Positions 23,014-31,175 of a DNA stretch of 64,000 nt are shown here, piece by piece (within the stretch, counting starts at the first letter, position 1; the number at the start of each line of letters is the position of its first letter). The DNA is from Epithemia pelagica (lineage: Eukaryota > Protista > Bacillariophyta). The notes beneath the pieces were generated by a model. That model was not told the DNA's origin. It ran no database searches and worked only from the letters and a program-made list of their open reading frames with translations. A program made the translations under genes and the position numbers. The stretch lies in NCBI GenBank assembly GCA_946965045.2, contig OX337229.1:4526001-4590000 (forward strand). Direction: 5' to 3'.

Positions 23014-23256
23014 GCTGGCTGAGTGTGGATCGTATCTTCCAATTCCGAAAGATGGGAGAAAACAGGGTCATAGTAGCAATCGGAAGGAGATTCGGATCGA
23101 CCTCAACAATCCCCGAAATATAGCTCATTCGGTATATCGCCATTTCAGTACAATAAGTTTTTCAAGAAAGATGGGGATTGCGTTCTTTTTTGGCGCGCCG
23201 CCCGCCATTATTGTGGACCGCCATCTGCTCATCCACATCCACCACCATGAGGCTGG

Positions 23257-24375
23257 ATGATGTCAGCCGCCATGGACGAACCTCCCAGCAGACCATCCTT
23301 CTCACTGCTCTACAAACTTCCGATTGAACTGGTGGAACGCATCTTTCTGCAGTACTTGAGTGGCAAGGCTCTTTCCACCTTGGCAATTGTCTTGGATTGT
23401 TCGCTTCCAGTTGTGGTCGATTCAAAGGAGGATCTTCCCGTCGTCACGCCCCACAACTGGAGCAAAGAGCAACAACAAAATGACAAGGACCAAGACCTGG
23501 AGCATCGGGTCCGACTTTTTTCACTCATTCATCACGTGGCCAAACAACGGCTTCTTCAAAGTGCTTCATTGATAGAATCCACCACCGCCCAGGCATCCAA
23601 TGCCTCGATCGATACATTGACGGCCCATGCCGTCAACTGGATCCGCTCGGTGGTGGAGTTTTCCTTTGTGAGCGAGACCAATCGCTTGACACACATGAGA
23701 GTAGTGTCGGAAAACTTGGCATTGGTGGATTTCTTGGAACTCTCGATTCAACAGTACTCCAATGTTCCTCAAGGATTGTTGGAATGGCCCGTATGGGTGG
23801 GCCAACTATCGGTGGATTCCTATGTATCCAGTTCTCGCATGCGCAATACAGCTCGAGTTGTCATTACCACACCCATGCAAAGTCCCAGTTTTCTTCCCGG
23901 ATGCAATCTCATTGATCGGAGGACACCGACCGGTGTCTTTCGTTGTGAACCGTACAATATGATTCCGATACCACCCTGGGGACGCGTCCGAGCCATGAGT
24001 GCCAAGGACGGCCAAATCTTGCGACCCGTGGCGGAACGGTTGGAACGGCAAAACCAAGTGGCCGTTCCCATGGGATACCACAGTGACGAAATATTGGATA
24101 TTCGAGTCGCCAGTGCCGCCCGTGCGCGACAATTGTTGGAGTCCCTGTCCTGGACACCTCGCGGAGCGTGGATTTTGCAAGATCCTCCGAGTACCGCAAC
24201 GGCCAGTTCCACTCCTCCAAATCCCCATGGACCGGAGAATCAGAATCCTGCTGTGTGGAATACAGGCCTTGTCTGTGTCTGGCAGGAAGACACAATGGAA
24301 ATGAAGAGTGATCGACAGTATCTTAGTTATGTTGTCGGCTTACTAAAGGCCATCGAAAGAATGAAGAATAGATAA
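23257..24375 (+). CDS. Hypothetical protein with an F-box-like N-terminal motif
   Basis: 372-aa ORF with ATG; LLYKLPIELVERIFLQYLSGKALSTL resembles an F-box consensus. The rest is not recognised. Confidence 0.6.
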   Translation: MMSAAMDEPPSRPSFSLLYKLPIELVERIFLQYLSGKALSTLAIVLDCSLPVVVDSKEDLPVVTPHNWSKEQQQNDKDQDLEHRVRLFSLIHHVAKQRLLQSASLIESTTAQASNASIDTLTAHAVNWIRSVVEFSFVSETNRLTHMRVVSENLALVDFLELSIQQYSNVPQGLLEWPVWVGQLSVDSYVSSSRMRNTARVVITTPMQSPSFLPGCNLIDRRTPTGVFRCEPYNMIPIPPWGRVRAMSAKDGQILRPVAERLERQNQVAVPMGYHSDEILDIRVASAARARQLLESLSWTPRGAWILQDPPSTATASSTPPNPHGPENQNPAVWNTGLVCVWQEDTMEMKSDRQYLSYVVGLLKAIERMKNR

Positions 24376-24555
24376 CGACCAGAGACCTGATAAAAGAGGG
24401 CAGAGGACTTGCTATGAACATATTAAAGAGGTGCTACTACAGAAACTTGCATTTGCATTGTAATTTTCCGTTTTTACTTTTTGCTTCAGTTTTTATCCTT
24501 TCAATCTAACCGATCCCTGATGAACCCTGTGCGTTTCTTTGTGCACAATATGGAT

Positions 24556-26033
24556 TTAGAGTTGGGACAAGACCTCGTCAGCAATGGCGATTGTCTTCTC
24601 AATGTCTTCATCTGTGTGTGCCATTGACATGAAAGCAGCTTCGTACATGGATGGTGCCAAGTACACTCCACGTTCCAACATCATGCGGTGCCACTTGGAG
24701 AATTTTTCACCGTCACTGGTTTTGGCATCGGAAAAGTTCTTGACGGGGCCCTTGGTGAAGAACCACCCAAACATTCCACCGGCAACTCCGGCTGTAATGT
24801 CATGACCGTGCTTTTCGGCGGCCGCGACAATTCCGTCCACGAGCTTCTGGGATTTTCGTTCCAGTTCGTCGTAAACTCCAGGTTGACTGAGCTTCTTAAG
24901 GGTTTCGATACCTGCTCGCATAGCAAGAGGGTTACCGGACAAGGTTCCAGCTTGGTACATGGGTCCAGCAGGAGCAACTTGCTCCATGATATCCTTTCGT
25001 CCTCCATAAGCACCAACGGGCAAGCCTCCACCAATCACTTTTCCCATGGTGGTAACATCGGGTGTGATTCCAAAATATTCTTGTGCACCGCCATACGACA
25101 CGCGGAATCCTGTCATGACCTCGTCAAAGACCAAGAGTGCACCGTTTTCCTCGGTCAACTTCCGAATTCCCTCCAAGAATTCCTTGTCGGGTTTGATAAA
25201 GCCAGAGTTTCCAACAACTGGTTCAAGAATAACGGCGGCAATTTCGTCCTTGTTTTCTTCAAAAATTTTCTCCACTTCAGCAAGGTTGTTGTACTCGGCA
25301 CAAAGAGTGGCGCTGGTGGCCGATTTGGGGACACCGGGAGAGTCGGGAAGACCAAGGGTGGCAACACCCGATCCAGCCTGAACCAAGAAGGAATCGGCAT
25401 GTCCGTGGTAGCATCCTTCAAATTTGATAACTTTCTCGCGGCCTGTGAATGCACGAACCAATCGGATCATTCCCATGCATGCTTCTGTACCAGAGTTGGT
25501 GAAGCGAACCATTTCCACCGACGGAACGGCATCAATGACAGCCTTGGCCAAATCATTTTCCAAGGGACAGGGTGCACCGAATGAAGTACCCTTGGCCATT
25601 GTCTCGGTGATGGCAGCAAGAACTTCTTCATCGGAATGGCCCAAGATGGCGGGTCCCCATGTTCCAACGTAGTCAATGTACTTATTGCCGTCCACGTCCC
25701 ATGCGTAAGCTCCTTTGACATGATCAAAAACAACGGGGTTTCCACCCACACTCTTGAACGCTCTTACAGGGGATGAAACACCTCCTGGCATGAGCTGAAA
25801 TCAACGCAACAGAAACTAGTGAGAACAGATGACTCGGTGCAACGTGTCGACTTAAGCGAGCGTCGTCATACCGTTTTGGCTTCGGCGAAGATCTCCTCCG
25901 ATTTGGCAAAGGTGTAGACGGAACTGTCCACGGCGCTCATTCCAAGCCCAGTGCTTTGCCGGCTACTAGCCGGCATGGGCATGAAAGCCGCGGAAGTTGT
26001 GAAGGACAAGGCGCAAACGGCAAGCTTAAACAT
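24556..26033 (-). CDS. hemL: Glutamate-1-semialdehyde 2,1-aminomutase, plastid-targeted, 2 exons
   Basis: [36 protein letters not shown] and [11 protein letters not shown] (PLP-binding Lys). Exon 1 (26033-25872) encodes a signal+ASAFAP-type presequence (SAA-FMP); intron 25871-25795. Confidence 0.97.
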
Positions 26034-26382
26034 GGTGAATGGTCTTTGTCGATAGATGAGGCCACAGTCTTTTTGGTATTCCACAGAATCACAAGCGTCG
26101 AATCTGATGGATGTGACACGTACTCGCGATCTTTCTCATCGCGACTGCATAGTTGAAGTTCCACTTGTAACATCATGCTCCAACATTTTCTAACTTTCTG
26201 CTTAGAGATAGGGATAAAAGTTTTTGAGCGACCAAAAGACGAGCGAAATCGGAAGAGCTGGCGCAACCACGAACAGTGGCTACTAAGGTGGAAGCTCCGA
26301 AGGTACTTTGTGTCCGACAAAGATCCTCTGTTCTATTGTCAATATCCGTAGACACAAACGGTGCCGTTCCAAGGGCGAAAAC

Positions 26383-27980
26383 ATGAGTGAAAAATCGAGT
26401 AAGTTCTATTATACTGTGATAAACGATGTTTCTTTTGATGCCCGAACTCACCTTTGTACTGTACTTTGAAGAGAAAAAGCGCAAGGCGGAGGATGGCTCT
26501 ACGGCCGAGAGTGCACAGGATGGTTCCATGATCCAGCCAAGTTCTCATACCCCCAAGCTCGACACAAGCAAGTGGCCTTTACTTCTAAAGAACTATCATG
26601 AACTTCACGTAAGAACATCTCATTACACACCTCTGCCTACGGGAAGCAGCCCGTTGGCTCGTTCCTTGAAAGACCACTTGCAATACGGTGTAATTAACTT
26701 GGACAAACCGTCCAATCCTTCTTCTCACGAAGTTGTCAGTTGGATCAAGAGAATCTTACGGGTCGAAAAAACAGGTCATAGTGGGACGCTTGACCCCAAA
26801 GTGACTGGTTGTTTGATTGTCTGTCTGGATCGTGCCACTCGCTTGGTGAAAGCTCAGCAATCTGCGGGGAAAGAGTACGTGGGTGTTCTTCGTCTGCATG
26901 CCGCGTTAGACGATTCGAAAAAATTGCAGCGTGCGATAGAGACAACATTGACGGGTGCGATCTTCCAGCGTCCTCCACTTATCTCAGCGGTGAAGAGGCA
27001 ATTGCGTATCCGTACAATCTATGAGAGCAAAATGCTCGAATTTGACAAAGCACGCAATCTTGCTGTATGGTGGGTAAAATGCGAGGCAGGGACCTATGTG
27101 AGAACGCTCTGTGTACATGCAGGGCTTTTGGTTGGAACGGGCGGCCACATGCAAGAACTTAGACGAGTGAAATCGGGAGTCCTGGGTGAAGATGACAACT
27201 TGGTGACCCTCCACGACGTTCTTGATGCACAACATGTATATGACACGACCAAAGATGAAAGCTACCTGCGACGTGTGGTAAGTTTTTGGTCAGACTCGTT
27301 GTATTGTATATTCGTACCGAGACTCACACTTTCGATTGCATGGCCTACAGGTAATGCCGTTGGAAGTCCTACTAACCAACTACAAACGCATTGTTGTGAA
27401 GGATAGTGCTGTTAATGCGGTTTGCTATGGGGCAAAGCTTATGATTCCTGGTTTGCTTCGATTCGCTGATGGGATTGAAATCAACCACGAAGTAGTTTTA
27501 ATGACGACCAAGGGAGAAGCAATTGCTGTAGCGATTGCTCAAATGACTACGGCTGTTATGGCTACGGTTGACCATGGTGTGGTGGCAAAGATAAAAAGAG
27601 TCATCATGGAACGTGACGTTTACCCTCGTCGCTGGGGACTTGGTCCAATGGCCCAGAGGAAAAAGACAATGATCAAGGAAGGTAAACTTGACAAGCACGG
27701 GAAGCCCAACGCCAACACACCTGCGGACTTTCTTGAATCATACAAAGACCATTCTATCTCCAAGCCACCTCAATTGGCAGGATCCGCGACAGCTATTTCA
27801 AGTGCTGGGGAGAGCTCGGTACCCAACCCAGAAGGAGAGGCCGGTAATCCCGAGAATGAGGACGCGAGTAGGAAAAGATCAACAGAAGACGAAGCTGATG
27901 GGGCTGATAAGAAGAAAATCAAGAAAGAGAAAAAGAAAAAGAAAGATAAGAAAAAGAAGAAGGAGGCCGAGGAGAGTTGA
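26383..27980 (+). CDS. CBF5: H/ACA snoRNP pseudouridine synthase dyskerin/Cbf5, 3 exons
   Basis: [37 protein letters not shown], a PUA domain and a KKE/KKD tail. Exons 26383-26398, 26472-27277 and 27351-27980. Confidence 0.96.
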
Positions 27981-28375
27981 GTTTTTCTTCCGGTATAATA
28001 TTCTGTGATGTACGAGATCTGTCCTGCAACGACTGGGAAGCACGATGTTGAGTATGCAGGATGGTGTTTTTGCACCCACAATGTGTCACCGAAGCAGCAC
28101 CTCCAAACGGGACGAGAAACTTCGCTTTCACAGCAATTGAAGCCCCTTCGTAAATCATGTGCTATTAACCAAGGTTGAACGACCTAGGTAGTGAGCGCTT
28201 TCCGTAAATTTTGATAGGTTGTGCTTTTGATTGTCCTGGTGCGTCTTAAGCGTTCTCTTAGAGAGCCATAGTTCCGCAAAGATGAATTTGTCGATTCTCG
28301 AAAATCATTATGTGAGATCAATTTCCAAACTTCATATTGTTTTATCAATCCCGGACATACGGAAACTACCTACCT

Positions 28376-28511
28376 AGAGGTACTCCTTGCACTTCTACCT
28401 AGGTAGGTAGTAGTAGGAGTACTCCTAGGATGGGGTAAGTCCTGGTTGATCGTGATTGAATTGGGTCCATAGTCCACATAGACCATACAATACAATATAG
28501 GAGTACTCCTA
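28376..28511. repeat. Cluster of TACTCCTA/TAGGAGTA palindromic motifs
   Basis: TAGGAGTACTCCTA at 28414-28427 and 28498-28511, plus CTACCTAGGTAG variants. Confidence 0.8.
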
Positions 28512-28665
28512 CCTGAGAACTCTACAATAATCGGATGCGCGATGCGCGTGGGGGAGTAAATTTTTTGTCAGAATGTCAGAATTCCCAAACCGCTGGGAAG
28601 AGACGATGGGGATGGGGCTTTGGATTGTCTGACACGAGCGCACAATAGCACCCTGACCGCAAGAC

Positions 28666-28839
28666 TGAATAAATCCCGCCAACAGGTCGCATATTGGCGG
28701 ATACATGGTCGCATATTGGCGAATATGCATCGCCTACATATGCTGCTACGCATCTAGTTTTCTAGTCATAATTTTGGTCTAGCCACTTGTTGCACGCCGT
28801 ATACACCGTGTTGTAGCGTGTAGTGGCAGGATTTATACA
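28666..28839 (+). repeat. 5' LTR
   Basis: TGAATAAATCCCGCC...GGCAGGATTTATACA; identical to 34982-35155 except G28721 vs A35037. Confidence 0.97.
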
Positions 28840-28854
28840 GTTTATCAGACCCAA

Positions 28855-28933
28855 TTAGCAGAGCTGCAGTGGTTTAGAGGTTGATGTTTGCTGTTGGCTC
28901 GTAAGGTCAGGGTTTCGAATCCCCTCTGCTCCA
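28855..28933 (+). ncRNA. tRNA-like sequence in the retrotransposon leader (degenerate, not a canonical tRNA gene)
   Basis: Acceptor-like pairing AGCAG(AG)/(CT)CTGCT; D-arm-like AGCTGCAGTGGTTTAGAGG; variable-loop-like AGGTC; T-arm AGGGT-TTCGAAT-CCCCT; ends ...CTCCA. The anticodon arm does not fold. Confidence 0.5.
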
Positions 28934-29621
28934 GCTTTAAGTTTAAGACCCTCAATTTCTGGGGGCCGCCATATTTGGGGTGTATGGCACAAGACGTTTC
29001 CCCGCTGGTATATAGAGCATGTTCTCAAGAGAGGCCGTTTGAACCTGAGCCTTCGGGCAACAATGGATCTACCTCTTTGTTCATACGCTATATGCTAGGT
29101 GGACGGGAGAACGAAAATGTGTCTTTTAACTTACTCACCAACTATGCTAGCTAAGCTATGCATCATGTGAAACTCCTTGGAGTCTTGCTCTCTGCCTTTT
29201 GCCCGTACTGGCAGCGGCTGATCACCACTTGGGAGTGTTCGCGCTAAGCTACTCGTCACGGTATGCTTGCGGCACTACTTATAGTTCACACTCGTGATGT
29301 GTGACCCATGGCACTCTCCCACGTGACGGGGAGCACTCGCTTAAGTGAGCGATTGTTTTGGTAATCTTTTCTCCATACATGAAAATATAGATACCTCCTT
29401 TTGCACTGTGCCGACGCACACGTCCTAAGTATTTGTTTTCTGCCGACTGCAGCGCAAACGCAAGTCGACACTACTTGTGCACCTTAATTCCAGGTAGAAT
29501 CGCAAAATCTGCGATCTGCATCACCTTTTGGCAATGCCTCCACACTTCTGTGTTTTTTGCCTGTGTTTTGCTCTGAACCTCTCCTGCTTCTGGCTCTCTC
29601 GCTTTCCTTTTGCCTTCCACC

Positions 29622-31175
29622 ATGTCTTCATCCACTGCCCCTGAAAATCCCAAGGAAGATTTCAAGGCTGCCGTTAAACGCTGTGGATACAATGATGCCA
29701 CCGTTACCTACATCATTGAGCAGGGTTTTGATGATGCTCAATCGTTCATGACTGTTGCGGTCCATCAAGTGCCGTCAATGTTGAAGATGATGGCGAAGAC
29801 CCCTCCAGAGAACGGGGCCTTTCCCTTCAGTGCTAACCTGCAGCTCCACTGCTTCCGAATGTGGCTCGAATACCATTCGTCTCGTGGTCAGGCTCTTAAA
29901 GTCTCACTTTTCTCTGATCCGCCCCTGATCAAGAAATGGACCAAACGTACCCAGGAACTGTTTGCACTCAACAAGGAAGTTGCCTCCGATGAACTGACCC
30001 CACCGAAAGAGTTGACTTCGTTTACTCAGTGGGAGGTGTTTAACGATGCCTTGCTCACGTTCCTTGCACAGCATCGCAATCCCACAACGGGTGTCCCTTT
30101 GACATACATCCTTCGTGAAACTAAGCCTGTCGGTTCTGAAGCAAGGAATGCTGCCTACGATACTATCGATGACAATTTGATTGCTACTACTATCCTGCAA
30201 GGTGATCAGTATGCCCTTGACAATCAACGCGTCTTCACATTGATGAAACCTTTTCTTGTTGGCGGACCTGGCCTGACGTTCATCAAGCCACACCAAAAGA
30301 AGAAGGACGGCCGTGAGGCGTATCTTGCGTTGACTCGCCAAGCTACTGGAACAGCAGCTGTCACCATCCGCAAGAAAGAAGCATACGCTGCTATTGCCGA
30401 CGCGAAGTTTACAGGCCGCGGTCGTTTCTCGTATCAACAATATGTTCACCGCCATCAGAAAGCACATAATACGTTGGCTGAACTTGATGAACCCGTTGCA
30501 GAAACCAAAAAGGTAACCGATTTCCTCAAAGGTATATCGGATCCCTCTTTGGCGGCGGGAAAGACGGTCGTCAACGGTGACGCAGCAAAGCTTTCTGATT
30601 TTGAAGCATGCCAGCAGTATTTTGGCACGTTGATTGCTGCATCCCGTACCGACAAGACCAATGACGAGAATCGAAAGATTGCTGGTGTGGGTACGACTAA
30701 GACTAGTGGAAAGAAGAATGGTCGTAACAAGCAGAATAAAAAGAAGACGCGTCATTACAGTTTGGATGAATGGCGCAAGCTCTCTGATGAAGAGAAGGCC
30801 GAAATCCTCCGTGCCCGTAAAGAACAGAAAGACAAAGAACAGAAAGACGCTAATGGAAAGCGCAAGGCCGGAGCCGTGCGAACTGAAGATGAAAATGGCT
30901 CTTGCAAGTTGCATAAAACTGAAACTCCAAAGTCTGATGACATGAAATTGGAGACCACTGACCTGGATGGCAACGACGCGCCGAACCATTCCGAGCCTGA
31001 TCCTCCTGTTGCTGATGAACCGACTGTTCCCAAAACCTCAGCCGGAAACAGTTTCGGACGCTTTGCCCATAGTAAAAAAGGATCTACAAAGCCGCACAAC
31101 CCTAATGAAACCAAGGAGCCTACAACTGCCGTTGCGAAAGCTGCCCTTGCTGATAAGGCCACAAAGCAGACCTGA
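29622..31175 (+). CDS. gag: Retrotransposon Gag-like protein
   Basis: Intact ORF of about 517 aa inside the element, with TGVPLTYILR, YALDNQRVF and HYSLDEWRKLSDEEK motifs recalled from diatom copia Gag proteins. Confidence 0.85.
   Translation: MSSSTAPENPKEDFKAAVKRCGYNDATVTYIIEQGFDDAQSFMTVAVHQVPSMLKMMAKTPPENGAFPFSANLQLHCFRMWLEYHSSRGQALKVSLFSDPPLIKKWTKRTQELFALNKEVASDELTPPKELTSFTQWEVFNDALLTFLAQHRNPTTGVPLTYILRETKPVGSEARNAAYDTIDDNLIATTILQGDQYALDNQRVFTLMKPFLVGGPGLTFIKPHQKKKDGREAYLALTRQATGTAAVTIRKKEAYAAIADAKFTGRGRFSYQQYVHRHQKAHNTLAELDEPVAETKKVTDFLKGISDPSLAAGKTVVNGDAAKLSDFEACQQYFGTLIAASRTDKTNDENRKIAGVGTTKTSGKKNGRNKQNKKKTRHYSLDEWRKLSDEEKAEILRARKEQKDKEQKDANGKRKAGAVRTEDENGSCKLHKTETPKSDDMKLETTDLDGNDAPNHSEPDPPVADEPTVPKTSAGNSFGRFAHSKKGSTKPHNPNETKEPTTAVAKAALADKATKQT

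Noticed and set aside
24688-25584. Long + strand ORF (298 aa)
   Set aside because: Antisense shadow of hemL.
2404-27980. Co-location of two pseudouridine synthases (TruA and Cbf5) as a functional cluster
   Set aside because: They are about 23 kb and ten unrelated genes apart, which is consistent with chance.
28855-28933. Functional canonical tRNA gene
   Set aside because: No foldable anticodon arm, G53>T in the B box, and an incomplete acceptor/D-stem geometry. Reported as tRNA-like instead.
28961-29070. HDV/CPEB3-like ribozyme (starts GGGGGCC)
   Set aside because: No complementary P1' strand in the required position after the putative P3/L3, so the nested double pseudoknot cannot be built by eye.
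29904-30989. Long - strand ORF (361 aa) inside the retrotransposon
   Set aside because: Antisense shadow of gag with no recognisable motifs. An antisense protein cannot be fully excluded without expression data.
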